A stretch of DNA of 64,000 nucleotides from Minisyncoccia bacterium (GCA_044229265.1 JBGATK010000001.1:35776-99775); one strand, 5' to 3'; counted from the stretch's first letter, positions 9,321 through 20,347 are shown. Notes: generated by a model not told the origin, from the sequence alone. Translations and numbers: made by a program.

Positions 9321-9883
9321 TATTCTCTAATTATAGACACAGAACCATCTTTATACAAATGAACTATACGTGAAGGGGTGCCACCTATAGGCAAAAATTT
9401 AGAATAAAAAGAAACTTTATCACCAAAATACTCTCTCGCCTCATTCTCATTCTTAGCCACAGGATTACCAACAGTATTAGCTGAAGGTGCTACAATTGGC
9501 CCAACTTCTCTCAAAAAATGGGCGAGATTTTTATTTTTTGGAACCCGAAAAGCAAGTGAATTTTTTCCTCTATGTAAATAGTTTAAATCTTTATTTTCTA
9601 TATCTAACACAAAACTAGTCGGCTTATCTGAAAAAACAATAATTTTATTTTTTTGCAATTCACTTAGAGATATATCAAATTTTAAAAGTTCATCGAAACT
9701 AGAAATTAAAATGATAAAAGGCTTATGCGTATCCCGCTCTCTTATACTATATAGCTTTTCAACTCCGTCTTTATTCAAAGCACTGCATACAATACCTAAA
9801 ATAGTATCAGTGGGTATTATGGCGAAATCACCTTTTAATATAGTTTTTATTAAATTCTGATCTGCCCAATAATCCTCTATCAT
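9320..9883 (-). CDS. tsaC: L-threonylcarbamoyladenylate synthase (YrdC/Sua5/TsaC family)
   Basis: 187 aa; PTDTILGIVCSA...AFRVPKNKNLAHFL...IVAPSANTVG matches YrdC-domain motifs. Confidence 0.75.
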   Translation of the reverse strand: MIEDYWADQNLIKTILKGDFAIIPTDTILGIVCSALNKDGVEKLYSIRERDTHKPFIILISSFDELLKFDISLSELQKNKIIVFSDKPTSFVLDIENKDLNYLHRGKNSLAFRVPKNKNLAHFLREVGPIVAPSANTVGNPVAKNENEAREYFGDKVSFYSKFLPIGGTPSRIVHLYKDGSVSIIRE

Positions 9884-9903
9884 AATAAGAGTATATCAGA
9901 AAA

Positions 9904-10968
9904 TTATTTTAAAGCTTGCATTCCTGGCAATGTGCCTTTCGCTAAAAATTCTAAAGCTGCACCTCCTCCAGTAGATACAAAAGTATATTTTTCTTCTAAT
10001 TTTAATTCATTTACAAGTTCTACAGTATCACCGCCGCCTATGATTGAAGAGATTTTTTTATCTGCAATAGTTTTTAAAATTTTTCGAGTTGCCTTGTCTC
10101 CACCATCTTCATATTTACCAAGTGGACCATTCCAAAGCACAAATTTTGTCTTGGCTAATTTTTCTTCTAACAAAACAATGCTTTCTTTTCCTATATCTAC
10201 GATAGTATCACCCTCATTAATTTCTTCTATTTTTTTATTTTGCAATACGCCACCATTTTCTACCAGCACATCGGTTGGTAATAAAATCTTCTTATTTTTT
10301 AAAATATTTTTTGGTACAGAAAAATTCTTATCTGTGATTGATTTCCCAACAGACAAGCCAGAACTTTCTAAAAATTCATTGAGAAGTGCTCCGCCGATAA
10401 AAATGTGATCAGCTGTGGCCAAAAATTTTTTCACTAATGGTAATTTAGTAGCAAATTTTACACCACCTAATATAAACAAAAATGGATGTTTTGGTTTTTT
10501 AAAAGCTAAGGATAAGTTTTTAATTTCAGCTTCAAATTGAAGTCCCATATATGCTGGCAGAAATTTTGGCAAACCTGATACAGAAGCATGGTTTCTATGA
10601 GAAACTGAAAAAGCATCATTTACATATAAATCAAAACCCTGCGCTAAAGATTTTGCAAAATTTTTATTATTTTCCATTTCACCAGTAAATTTTCTAATAT
10701 TTTCGGAAAAAGTAATTCTATTCTCTGGGAATTTGGTAATTTTAAAAAAATGTTTAATAACTGGACTGATATCTGCACTGCCATCGTCCCCCAGATGCAT
10801 TAATATATGCAGATTTGCCCCCTTACCCAATAAATAAAGTATAGTGGGTACTGATTTTTTAATACGAAAATCATCCTCTACCCTATCATCTTTTATAGGC
10901 ACATTATAATCTACTCGCAAGAGTACTTTTTTATTTTTTAAATTTTTTACTTTTTTAATACTTTGCAT
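9904..10968 (-). CDS. pgk: Phosphoglycerate kinase (short form)
   Basis: 354 aa; KKVLLRVDYNVP near the N-terminus, with hinge and C-domain motifs; adjacent to tpiA. Confidence 0.85.
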   Translation of the reverse strand: MQSIKKVKNLKNKKVLLRVDYNVPIKDDRVEDDFRIKKSVPTILYLLGKGANLHILMHLGDDGSADISPVIKHFFKITKFPENRITFSENIRKFTGEMENNKNFAKSLAQGFDLYVNDAFSVSHRNHASVSGLPKFLPAYMGLQFEAEIKNLSLAFKKPKHPFLFILGGVKFATKLPLVKKFLATADHIFIGGALLNEFLESSGLSVGKSITDKNFSVPKNILKNKKILLPTDVLVENGGVLQNKKIEEINEGDTIVDIGKESIVLLEEKLAKTKFVLWNGPLGKYEDGGDKATRKILKTIADKKISSIIGGGDTVELVNELKLEEKYTFVSTGGGAALEFLAKGTLPGMQALK

Positions 10969-11713
10969 TTTCGGTATTGTTAATAATTTCTAAAAATTTC
11001 TTTGAATTCAAACTATCGCGACCAACTAAAAATCCATCTGCTTTGCCTTCAACCATAAAACCGACAGAATTTTCTGGATGAACTGAACCTCCGTAAATAA
11101 TACGGATACCTTCAATACTCTTTATTCCAAATTTATCACTCAAAATTCTTTTCATAAAAATACTAATTTCTAAAAATTCAGAAGGAGTAGCTTCTCGAAT
11201 AGCTTTTTCGCCTATAGCCCAGATTGGTTCATAAGCTATGATAATTTTATCTAAAGTGGTTTTTGAAACGCCAACAAGAGCAGATTCGATTTGTTCTTTT
11301 ATAAAGAACAAATATTTATGTTCATTATCACGAACACTTTCACCAACACAAAGTATAGGTATAAAACCATTGTAAACTGCATTTTTTATTTTTTTATTTA
11401 CATCAATATTACTCTCTCCCATTGCTCTCCTTTCAGAATGCCCTATTATGCTATAGCGAGCACCGATATCATAAAGCATACCTCCTCCTATTTCACCCGT
11501 AAAAGCTCCAGAATTTTCATAAAAAATATTTTGAATACCGAGAATTATACGCTTAGAAATTTTACGTAAAGCTTCTATGTAAATAGAAGGCGGACAAATT
11601 ACCACATCTACACCCTTCCATTTGCCTTTGCTAATTTGTTTAAAAATTTTTTCTGCCTCTTTTTTTGAGGTAGGATTTTCTTTCCAATTACCAATAACTA
11701 TTCTTTTAGACAT
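10955..11713 (-). CDS. tpiA: Triosephosphate isomerase
   Basis: IVIGNWKEN...IAYEPIWAIG...GGSV motifs. The true start is probably the internal Met (MSKRIVIGNWK), so the start is trimmed from 11731 to 11713. Confidence 0.85.
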   Translation of the reverse strand: MSKRIVIGNWKENPTSKKEAEKIFKQISKGKWKGVDVVICPPSIYIEALRKISKRIILGIQNIFYENSGAFTGEIGGGMLYDIGARYSIIGHSERRAMGESNIDVNKKIKNAVYNGFIPILCVGESVRDNEHKYLFFIKEQIESALVGVSKTTLDKIIIAYEPIWAIGEKAIREATPSEFLEISIFMKRILSDKFGIKSIEGIRIIYGGSVHPENSVGFMVEGKADGFLVGRDSLNSKKFLEIINNTENAKY

Positions 11714-11736
11714 GAGAATATTATAACACAAGAAAA

Positions 11737-13485
11737 TTATTCAGTTTCCTGCCAGCTCTCGACACTCCACCCACCCGAAGGCCCAGAAACGAAATTTGCA
11801 TTTATTAGACCCGAATCGAAAGTAATGACAGCATTATTATTTAAACTTATTTTATACCCATTTACCGATGTCGCTCCAGCATTATTGCTAACACTGACTG
11901 TACCATTCGCAGCATAAAGAACCACTGCTCCAGCATTATTACCAAGAGTTATTGCTGAAGTAGATGTAGATGTAGAAAGCGCCATTATATAACTACCTGC
12001 GGTGCCAGAGCCGTGAAAATCCGCATTATTGCCGACAGTTATAGTACCATCAGCTATAACTGCCCCTTCTCCTGATCCATAACCAGAAGATAGTCTTATA
12101 TCGACATTATTACTAAAAGAAATATTCCCTGTCACCCATAAAGTACCGGTAATAGTAAGGTCGCTATTGTTTTGAACAGTCAAATTCCCAACAATTTTTT
12201 TAGGTCCGAGTGAAGTAGTAGTGCTATCTATAGTCATATTACCTGTATATGTACCTCCGGCTAATGCTTCATCTTTCCAATCTAAAATATTTTGGTCAGA
12301 AATAGGCATCGCAATTGCTGCTGGATCAGCAAGTGATGTGTTGCACGATTTGTTATTTCCACTTCCCGTCTGGCAATAATTCGTGCCTGCGATAGTCGAA
12401 TTATTCACTGTATGAGCGTAAGCATTACCTACTCCACCAGAGCCGACAGTAATACCACTTATAAGCCCAGTGAGTCCTCCTAAATATAATTTGAAAAAGC
12501 CATCCAGCCCTCCCGGTGTAGTATTATTCCAAGTGCTACTATATTGACCTATTTTCCCAGTGCCACTACTATAACCATTTGCATTTGCACCTATATAATA
12601 ATATCTAGAAGAATTTGTTCCGCCATCAATAACTATCCAATACGTAGTACCAGCAGTAAGCTGTGGATTTGTGGACATTGGTACTGACACCCAGCCATAA
12701 GTTGTAGATATGAGCGATGCAGAAAGAGTACCAGAAGCCAGTGTAGTGGTGCTAGGTACGCCACTATTATCAGAAACAATTCGCACGGTTAGATTGCTAG
12801 GTGTGCTTACTTTTTTCAAATAAAGTTCAACCTTATTTACTACATCGGTAATGCTCGGCACAAAACTTTGCGCAAAATCTTGGGTACCATTTGCATTACC
12901 AAATTGCACATCATAAGCTGGTGTGCCGGAACCATTTGTCTGATCTGCGGTAAGAGCAGCAGAATTTGCAGATGTTGCAGATCCAGTAATACTACCAGAA
13001 CCTGTAATATTACCATTGGAATAAACACTACCTATAACACTAGAATTATTAGCCATAGTAAGACCGCCTTGACCCGACTGCACTCCATAATTAAAAGAAA
13101 TACCTGTACCTGCCTCTAAAATTATCTCATTTGCTCTATCTCTATTCCCGACATCACCAGCTGATGTAATTGTTTTTTGATTTCCCGCGTCGATAATATT
13201 TGTAGTAGCACTATAGCCATCTATATCTATAGTTTCTGTTGAGCCAATAGTTTTACCTGAATTAATTCTATAATATGCATCTTCGACGCCAGACTCTGAG
13301 AGATAGAACGATTTTTTAGCTTTTAATCCCGTATCAGCGAGCTTGTATTCAGAAACTGTTGGTGAAACCAAGCCCACAATCAAAGAAGCTGACAAAGCTG
13401 TAAAAAAAACTAGTGATACTATGAGAGCTTGACCCTTTTGATATTCATTATTATATTTATTTTTTGAAAAATTTTTTTTAAACAT
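11737..13485 (-). CDS. PilX-like minor or tip type IV pilus component (large G/S/T/N-rich secreted protein)
   Basis: 582 aa; N-terminus ...YQKGQALIVSLVFFTALSASLIVGLVS fits the PilX_N pattern (Q/R-G-x-ALIV...); last gene of the pilin block. Confidence 0.5.
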   Translation of the reverse strand: MFKKNFSKNKYNNEYQKGQALIVSLVFFTALSASLIVGLVSPTVSEYKLADTGLKAKKSFYLSESGVEDAYYRINSGKTIGSTETIDIDGYSATTNIIDAGNQKTITSAGDVGNRDRANEIILEAGTGISFNYGVQSGQGGLTMANNSSVIGSVYSNGNITGSGSITGSATSANSAALTADQTNGSGTPAYDVQFGNANGTQDFAQSFVPSITDVVNKVELYLKKVSTPSNLTVRIVSDNSGVPSTTTLASGTLSASLISTTYGWVSVPMSTNPQLTAGTTYWIVIDGGTNSSRYYYIGANANGYSSGTGKIGQYSSTWNNTTPGGLDGFFKLYLGGLTGLISGITVGSGGVGNAYAHTVNNSTIAGTNYCQTGSGNNKSCNTSLADPAAIAMPISDQNILDWKDEALAGGTYTGNMTIDSTTTSLGPKKIVGNLTVQNNSDLTITGTLWVTGNISFSNNVDIRLSSGYGSGEGAVIADGTITVGNNADFHGSGTAGSYIMALSTSTSTSAITLGNNAGAVVLYAANGTVSVSNNAGATSVNGYKISLNNNAVITFDSGLINANFVSGPSGGWSVESWQETE

Positions 13486-13497
13486 TTTAAATTTAAA

Positions 13498-13995
13498 TTA
13501 ATAACTACCACGTAAAACTACCGTGTCATAAAATGTAGCTGAATTTACACCGCCATAACGAGTAGAAGTAATAGTGAATTCTATTTTTACGGCTACACTA
13601 TTTGCTGTCGTAATTTGAGTAAAAGTAAGCCCGGAGACAGAAAGAGTGCTGGGATTTAAATTACCCACCAAAACATCATCTTCATAGAAAAGTAAATTAC
13701 TGCCTGAAAGTGTAAATTGTGAGCTATCACCAACTAGGGTGCCGTCTTCAATGCGAACTTTTAAATCAGTGCTGCTAATACTCACGATACTACTTGCCTC
13801 ACGAACTTCGCGAGCTATACGCTCCATAATATTTGCGCCTTCAGCTAATTCTATATTTATTTTTGCATTTCTGAAAGATTTAGTCAGAACTATAGTTGAT
13901 TGTATTATCAGCATTGAAAGCATTAAGAAAATAGCGATATAAAAAATCATTTCAAGTAGCGAGAATCCTTTTTTATTTTTTAAAAAATTTTTCAT
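13498..13995 (-). CDS. Prepilin-type pseudopilin (minor pilin)
   Basis: 165 aa; KKGFSLLEMIFYIAIFLMLS is a class III (prepilin peptidase) cleavage and methylation N-terminus. Confidence 0.7.
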   Translation of the reverse strand: MKNFLKNKKGFSLLEMIFYIAIFLMLSMLIIQSTIVLTKSFRNAKINIELAEGANIMERIAREVREASSIVSISSTDLKVRIEDGTLVGDSSQFTLSGSNLLFYEDDVLVGNLNPSTLSVSGLTFTQITTANSVAVKIEFTITSTRYGGVNSATFYDTVVLRGSY

Positions 13996-14002
13996 TTAAA
14001 TT

Positions 14003-14500
14003 TTAAAATAAATCCGTTATGTAAAATTTTATATTTTTCTCCATAACAGTAGTGCCTTCTGTCCAACCCACTGACACTGTTACTAATTTTGTTCCTGTAT
14101 CGAGTACTCCCCCAGAAGAAACTATATCCTGCGTAGACGCATCACGATACACATCAGAAAAAACAATCCTTCGAGTAAAAATACCTATAGTGGAAGGAGT
14201 TTGACTTACACTCCACGTTCCATTTGAAAATGAAGCATAGTAATAACTAAGTGCAGTTGGGCCAGAAATATTAGTCCAATTATTATCACGCAAAATCCGA
14301 ACTATTTCAGCTCCTTCTTCTAAAATTAAACTAGCTTGCATTTGATGAAGTGATCTACGAGAAACTTCTATTCCTTTTTGTGCTACTGCTGATGCAGAAA
14401 TAATAAGCATTACCAAAACAGCAGCGATTACCAAAAGTTCTACCATCATAAAACCTCCTTTATTTTGTTTTTTATTTTTTAAAAAATAAAACATAAACAT
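14003..14500 (-). CDS. Prepilin-type pseudopilin (minor pilin)
   Basis: 165 aa; KGGFMMVELLVIAAVLVMLII has a G|F processing site followed by a hydrophobic helix. Confidence 0.7.
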   Translation of the reverse strand: MFMFYFLKNKKQNKGGFMMVELLVIAAVLVMLIISASAVAQKGIEVSRRSLHQMQASLILEEGAEIVRILRDNNWTNISGPTALSYYYASFSNGTWSVSQTPSTIGIFTRRIVFSDVYRDASTQDIVSSGGVLDTGTKLVTVSVGWTEGTTVMEKNIKFYITDLF

Positions 14501-14961
14501 TAATTCACACTTATGTGGCCAGTTGGACTAATTGTAATTGTTTTTGTGTATGAATCTGCTGACAAAACAATAGTTCCATTTACATTTGGTGCACCATATA
14601 TTCTACTAAAATACACATCGGTAGCTCCGCCCGTTAAAGAAATAGTTGATATACTAGCAGGAGAAGAAATAGTTGTAATAATATTACTCCCTGCTAGAGC
14701 TGAATAAGTAGTCCCTTCAAAAATTATAACTTGATTATTTGCAAAATGCACACCGTACTCTTTGGAATCAAGAGAAGATATAGTATTTGTGCGAGCTTTA
14801 TTTATAGCTGAAAAAACATCAGCTGTAGAATTTTGCAAACTTTGCAGAGTACGGAAACTGCTAAATTTTGGAATTACCACCACAAGTAAAATGCCAATAA
14901 TAGCTACAACTATTAAAACTTCAATTAAATTTATACCCTTATTAAAATTATTTTTTTTCAT
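14500..14961 (-). CDS. Prepilin-type pseudopilin, GspH/FimT-like
   Basis: 153 aa; KGINLIEVLIVVAIIGILLVVVIPKF matches the GspH/FimT N-terminal consensus. Confidence 0.7.
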   Translation of the reverse strand: MKKNNFNKGINLIEVLIVVAIIGILLVVVIPKFSSFRTLQSLQNSTADVFSAINKARTNTISSLDSKEYGVHFANNQVIIFEGTTYSALAGSNIITTISSPASISTISLTGGATDVYFSRIYGAPNVNGTIVLSADSYTKTITISPTGHISVN

Positions 14962-14968
14962 AATTTAA

Positions 14969-16180
14969 TTAACCTATATTATTTAGAACAGAATAAAGTG
15001 GAGTTATCATAGACAATGCAAAAAAACCAACTCCTGTTCCAATTAAAATCATCAAAATTGGCTCAATAATAGTGGAGAGATTTTTAGTTTTATTTTCAAT
15101 TTCATTTTCATAAAAAATAGCAATTTCTGTGAGCATATCAGCTAATTTACCTGTTTCTTCGCCAACTTGAACCATCTCGGTCATCATAATAGGGTAAAGT
15201 TTTGGATTATCTTCAAAAACTTTTGCAAAAGGTGCTCCTTTTTCTACGGATTTTACTGCATCCTCCATGACTTTTTTATAATAAACATTTTGCACAACAT
15301 CACGAGTAATCTCTATGGCCCGTGTTATAGACACACCAGATAAAATAAGTGAAGAAAGAGTGCGCGCTGTCCGAGCAGTATTGAGCTCGCGTGCCATTGT
15401 ACCAAAAACTGGTAATTTTAAAACTACAAAATCTATATATTTTTGACTAGCTTTTGCAGTAAAAAGAAAATATAATCCTACTCCAAATAAAATTGCTCCT
15501 AGTAAAGTAAGTATTAAATTATTTGATATGAAATCACCAAGCCAAAGCACAAAACGTGTAGTTGGAGGTAATTTTACGCCAAGTTCTTTGAAAGTATTAG
15601 CCAGTGTAGGAACCACGAAAGCAAACATTAATATACCTATTATTACCATAGCGGAAATAATTACCCCTGGGTACATCATCGCGCCTTTAATTTTTTTTGT
15701 AAGAGAATTAGATTTTTCTAAATTCATGCCTATCTCAGTAAGAGCTCCAGCTAAATTACCGGACTCTTCCCCAGCACGAACCATGGAAACAAAAAGTGGC
15801 GAAAAAGCTTTTGGTTTTTTAGCGAGCCCACTCGATAATGTTCCGCCATTATTAATTTCATCGATAAGACTAGCAATTATTTTTTTAAAAAACTCTTTTG
15901 GAGTTTGTTTTTCTAAAACCGAAAGAGCTCTACCTGCTGACAAGCCAGCTTTTAACATGCCTGCTAAATTTTTGGTAAATAAAATTAAATCCTGCATTTT
16001 CACCCCACCAAAAATGCCATCAAAAGAAATATTCCAAGAATTCTTTTTTTGTTCTTCAATTAGAATTGGTATTGAACCTTTTTCTCTAAAATCACGGGCC
16101 ACTGCAAAGCGATCCACAGCTTCTGTAGTGCCTTCTATTATATTTCCCTCTTTATTTTTTATTTTATATTTAAAAAGCAT
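14969..16180 (-). CDS. pilC: Type IV pilus assembly platform protein PilC (GspF family)
   Basis: 403 aa; two repeated GspF domains with three transmembrane segments; N-terminus MLFKYKIKNKEGNIIEG... as in PilC. Confidence 0.9.
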   Translation of the reverse strand: MLFKYKIKNKEGNIIEGTTEAVDRFAVARDFREKGSIPILIEEQKKNSWNISFDGIFGGVKMQDLILFTKNLAGMLKAGLSAGRALSVLEKQTPKEFFKKIIASLIDEINNGGTLSSGLAKKPKAFSPLFVSMVRAGEESGNLAGALTEIGMNLEKSNSLTKKIKGAMMYPGVIISAMVIIGILMFAFVVPTLANTFKELGVKLPPTTRFVLWLGDFISNNLILTLLGAILFGVGLYFLFTAKASQKYIDFVVLKLPVFGTMARELNTARTARTLSSLILSGVSITRAIEITRDVVQNVYYKKVMEDAVKSVEKGAPFAKVFEDNPKLYPIMMTEMVQVGEETGKLADMLTEIAIFYENEIENKTKNLSTIIEPILMILIGTGVGFFALSMITPLYSVLNNIG

Positions 16181-16189
16181 TATATAAAT

Positions 16190-17941
16190 TTACTCAGAAA
16201 CCACTCTAAATACTTCTTCTACGCTAGTATTCCCTAGTGCTGCTTGAAAAATACCATCTTCTATCATGGTCATCATTCCTTCTTTTTTTGCTTGAGCTTC
16301 AATATCGTCTTGTGAAGCACCTTTTAAAACTAATTCCTTGATAGCACCTGAAACCTTTAATACTTCATGAATACCTACACGGCTTTTATAGCCATCTTCC
16401 GATTCAGCACTTTTTACTGGCCGATAAAATGCTACTTTATCCCAACTATCATCTTTGCCAATAATATTTTCAGCTTTTAAAAAACCTAACATTCTATCTA
16501 AATCTACAATTTTAGCTAAATTTGCTAATTCGTCTTTATTCATAAAATATTTTTCTTTTGATGAAGTTAAACGTCGTACAAGACGCTGAGCAATAATAGT
16601 TTTCACAGTAGAAATAATCAGAAATGGCAATGCGCCCATATCTATCATACGAGGAACAGCACCAGCAGCTGAATTAGTGTGAATTGTAGAAAGCACTAAG
16701 TGTCCAGTAAGTGAAGCATTAATAGCAAGAGATACAGTTTCCCCATCACGAATTTCCCCTACCATTACGATATCAGGGTCCTGACGAAGAAGTGCACGTA
16801 GTCCTTGTGCAAAAGTTAAACCTATTTCTGGTTTTACTTGTGTTTGATTTACTCTTGGCATTTGATATTCCACTGGGTCTTCTACCGTAGAAATATTTAC
16901 ATCTGGCTTATTTAACATATCGAGCATAGTGTAAAGCGTAGTAGTTTTACCCGAACCGGTAGGGCCAGTAGCTAGTATCATACCTGTTTTTTGTTTCATG
17001 GATTCATAAATTTTCTCTAATCCTTCACCATGAAAACCTAATCCTTCCAACGAGAAACCATGAGAATTTTCTTTTAAAAGACGAATCACAGTTTTTTCAC
17101 CGAAAAATGTAGGTAGTGTAGAAACACGAAAAGAAACTTTTTCACCATTTTGTTCTATTTTAAAACGACCATCTTGTGGGAGTCTTTTTTCATCAAGCTT
17201 TAAATTCGACAATACTTTTATGCGTGCAGTTATGCCTGGTGCTGCACTTTTATCGAGTGTCATGGCATCATGCAAAATACCATCAATACGGTAGCGCACT
17301 ACTAATTTTTCTTCACCTGGTTCTATGTGAATATCAGAAGCATTTTGCAAAATAGCATGAAAAACTAATGAATCCACGATCTTAACTACAGGCAAATCTT
17401 CAGCCATTTCTTTTAATTCTTGCGCTGATTTTTCTCCTCCACCCTCATCGTTCTTTAATTTTAAAGAATTTGATTCTTCTTGAATAATATTTGAAAATTC
17501 TGCTTGTAAACTTTTGCGATATTGCACAAGAGCACTTTTTATAGATGCACTATCTGTGAGGCGTGGTAAAATTTTGAGCCCGGAACGCTTTTTAATAAAA
17601 TCAATAACAGGCAAATCGTCCACGTCGAGCATAGCTACTTCTAATTCTTTTTCTGTTTTTTTATAACCAATAATATTATAATTTCGAGCAATTGGCTCTG
17701 GGATAAGTGAAAGTATAGCTATATCTATTTTTTCTTTTTCCAAAGAAACAAAAGGTATACCTAGAACATGGGCTTCTATTTTGCGAAGCTCTGTTTCTTT
17801 TAATTTATTTTGAATAAGAAGAGTATCAGAAAGGGTTTGCCCTTTTTCACTCGCAATTTTTGCCATATCATTTAAATCCGATTCTGAAATTAATTTACTA
17901 TCAAGTAAAAATTTCTTGAGTTGTTTTTCATCTATCTCCAT
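16190..17941 (-). CDS. pilB: Type IV pilus assembly ATPase PilB (GspE family)
   Basis: 583 aa; GspE_N-like N-terminus, Walker A GPTGSGKTTTLYTML, Asp and His boxes. Confidence 0.9.
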   Translation of the reverse strand: MEIDEKQLKKFLLDSKLISESDLNDMAKIASEKGQTLSDTLLIQNKLKETELRKIEAHVLGIPFVSLEKEKIDIAILSLIPEPIARNYNIIGYKKTEKELEVAMLDVDDLPVIDFIKKRSGLKILPRLTDSASIKSALVQYRKSLQAEFSNIIQEESNSLKLKNDEGGGEKSAQELKEMAEDLPVVKIVDSLVFHAILQNASDIHIEPGEEKLVVRYRIDGILHDAMTLDKSAAPGITARIKVLSNLKLDEKRLPQDGRFKIEQNGEKVSFRVSTLPTFFGEKTVIRLLKENSHGFSLEGLGFHGEGLEKIYESMKQKTGMILATGPTGSGKTTTLYTMLDMLNKPDVNISTVEDPVEYQMPRVNQTQVKPEIGLTFAQGLRALLRQDPDIVMVGEIRDGETVSLAINASLTGHLVLSTIHTNSAAGAVPRMIDMGALPFLIISTVKTIIAQRLVRRLTSSKEKYFMNKDELANLAKIVDLDRMLGFLKAENIIGKDDSWDKVAFYRPVKSAESEDGYKSRVGIHEVLKVSGAIKELVLKGASQDDIEAQAKKEGMMTMIEDGIFQAALGNTSVEEVFRVVSE

Positions 17942-17954
17942 TACTATAATTATA

Positions 17955-17985
17955 ACAAAAAATTCCCCATACAGGGGAATTTTTT
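17955..17985 (-). terminator. Intrinsic terminator between the surface-protein operon and pilB
   Basis: Hairpin attccccatacaggggaat flanked by an A-run and a T-run. On the minus strand a TATAAT lies just downstream, about 7 nt from the pilB ATG. Confidence 0.55.
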
Positions 17986-18002
17986 GTTAATTATTTTTAT
18001 TT

Positions 18003-20309
18003 TTAATATAAAGTTCGCCAAGCATATGTATTTGCAGCATCTTTGGCGCATACTTCTACATTATCTTTTACACCTGTAGCACCCTGTACCACAAAAAACA
18101 TACCCCGAACACTGGCTGTGCATGATGGTTTAGCAGAATTATTATTATTTACGATAACTCCTCCATTAAAAGTATTTTGTGTTATTGCTGTATTACCAAA
18201 AACCATAGAATTACTTGCACTGACTATAGCTCCATTACCAATTGCTGTAGCATTAGTTAAACCACCAGTAGAAACATCCGCACTATAACCAATAGCTGTA
18301 TTGTTTGTTCCAGTAGTATTTGTTAGTAAGGAAAAATAACCAAAAGCTGTGTTATTTGAACCTGTTGTTGCATTTAAAGAACCATTACCAAATGCAGAAT
18401 TATTATTACCAGCAGTATTTAATTGCAAAGCACCTTTTCCAAAAGCACTATTTCTATCGCCATCTAAATTATTTAAAAGAGCTTGATATCCAAAAGCGGA
18501 ATTTTCGAAACCACCTGTATTTACAGCAAGAGCAGTAGAACCCACAGCTGTATTTCTATACCCTACAGTATTGTCTCTAAGAGCCCATTGTCCAAAACCA
18601 GAGTTAGCATCACCTGTAGTATTTGATTGTAAAACTTGATATCCAACAGCAGTATTATTTGCCAATCCAGAATTATTTCCACCGAGAGCATTAATACCTA
18701 CAGCCAAATTTGTTCCTAATTGGTTAGTGCCTTTACCTACAATTACACTACTGATAGATATATTACCCGAAGTATCTACTCTCATTCTCTCAACCCCACT
18801 CGTAGTTATTGCAAAAATATCAGCTCCTGGAGAAAATGTTCCCGTATTTGTATCACCTAAAAATGTCCGAGTTGGAGCACTTGCTGTGCCTAGTGTGGTA
18901 GCTACTGCTCCAGCCACTTCAAACTTTGAAACAAAAGTAGTTCCTACAGGTTGCCCCACACCAACACTTCCATTAACTGGATTTATTACGACATCTCCTT
19001 TCAAAGAACCATTGCTTGTAGAATCTAAAATTAAATCTCCATTTGCAGTAGAATTTCCATTTATTGTAAAACCAGCCATTTGCAATGCTTGTGTAGCTGT
19101 ATGATTTCCTAAATTATCAGCACCGCCACATGTTTGCCATTCAAAAGTTGCACCTGTAGTTTCGTAAGTTAAACAAAATTCATCAGTAGCAGTACCAGAA
19201 ATACTAACCTTTGATACAGTAACAGCGCCATTTAATATTTTTGTATTTGAAACAGCATTAACTGCTATTTTGGGATCATCTACAGCAAGAGCTGCTATTT
19301 TTCCATTGGTTATAGACAAAGCATCGACAGTCCAAACTGTGCCAGTACCAGAAACAGTAATGTCTCCTTTATCACCATCTGTAATACCACCATTAGCTGT
19401 AAAAGTAATATTACTATTATTTACATCATGAGTAATGGTAATTCCTGAACCGGCTATCAAACCTTTATATTCCAAACTAAGACCAGTATCATCTAAACCT
19501 AGAACCTTATTAGCACCTCCAAAAACTGCAGCTATATCAGTTTTAGATACACCATCAACAGCTATTTTGTCGCTAGTTATAGAATCTGCAGCTAATTCTG
19601 TATTACCAACCACTCCTGCATCTATATTCCAAACACTACCACTAGAGGAAACAGTGATGTCGCCTTTGTCGCCATCTGTTAGAGAATTTAACACTTGCCA
19701 AGATCCGTCGCCTCGCAAATAATTTGTAACGCCAGGAGTGCCTGTAATAGCAGATGAAAATAATGGTATTCTATTTGTATTAATTTCTTGCACAGGACCA
19801 GCTGAATTACCTAAATTCGCTAAAAATCTATTAGCTCCAACATTTTGAATTTTTGAATAGGTAACAGCCAAAGGATCTATAGTCCAAGTAGCTCCACTAC
19901 CAGAAACAGTAATGTCGCCTTTATCACCATCGGAAACACCTCCGGAACTAACATCCCAAGTTAAATTACCTGCACCATCAGTTTTTAAATATCCATTTGC
20001 AGTTTGGTTTGCAGGAAAAGTATATGTTTCTGTATTTAGAGTAAGTGTTTTGCCTGGAAAGATAGTTACATTACCTTTTAAATCTGAAGTTCCGTCTACT
20101 ACTAATACTGTACCAGAGCGTAGTCCACTCCATGCTACTATTCCTCCGTCTTTTGCTTGAGTAGTGGAGCTTGTGTTTATTGGGGGTTCGGTGTTGCCAA
20201 GAGGTGGAATACCGGACGGTGGAACCCAAGTAGCAAAAGCTTGTAAGCTTATACTAAAAAGTGATATCGCTAAAAATGATTTAAGAAAAATTTTCTTTTT
20301 TAAAGACAT
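18003..20309 (-). CDS. Large secreted surface protein with internal repeats (DGDKGDITVSGSG..WTID three times); paralogue of the next gene
   Basis: 768 aa; signal peptide ...SLQAFA|TWVPP; the N-terminal ~130 aa are near-identical to the 20348-22021 product; G/N/T/S-rich beta-solenoid-like composition. Confidence 0.7.
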   Translation of the reverse strand: MSLKKKIFLKSFLAISLFSISLQAFATWVPPSGIPPLGNTEPPINTSSTTQAKDGGIVAWSGLRSGTVLVVDGTSDLKGNVTIFPGKTLTLNTETYTFPANQTANGYLKTDGAGNLTWDVSSGGVSDGDKGDITVSGSGATWTIDPLAVTYSKIQNVGANRFLANLGNSAGPVQEINTNRIPLFSSAITGTPGVTNYLRGDGSWQVLNSLTDGDKGDITVSSSGSVWNIDAGVVGNTELAADSITSDKIAVDGVSKTDIAAVFGGANKVLGLDDTGLSLEYKGLIAGSGITITHDVNNSNITFTANGGITDGDKGDITVSGTGTVWTVDALSITNGKIAALAVDDPKIAVNAVSNTKILNGAVTVSKVSISGTATDEFCLTYETTGATFEWQTCGGADNLGNHTATQALQMAGFTINGNSTANGDLILDSTSNGSLKGDVVINPVNGSVGVGQPVGTTFVSKFEVAGAVATTLGTASAPTRTFLGDTNTGTFSPGADIFAITTSGVERMRVDTSGNISISSVIVGKGTNQLGTNLAVGINALGGNNSGLANNTAVGYQVLQSNTTGDANSGFGQWALRDNTVGYRNTAVGSTALAVNTGGFENSAFGYQALLNNLDGDRNSAFGKGALQLNTAGNNNSAFGNGSLNATTGSNNTAFGYFSLLTNTTGTNNTAIGYSADVSTGGLTNATAIGNGAIVSASNSMVFGNTAITQNTFNGGVIVNNNNSAKPSCTASVRGMFFVVQGATGVKDNVEVCAKDAANTYAWRTLY
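19874..20198. repeat. ~325-bp near-identical tract, copy 1 (within the 5' part of the 768-aa gene)
   Basis: Matches 21583-21907 with about 4 mismatches when read directly. The ORF track shows identical 82-aa shadow ORFs in both places. Confidence 0.85.
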
Positions 20310-20347
20310 ATAAATATTATAACAATAAAAAACTACTAACGAAAGAT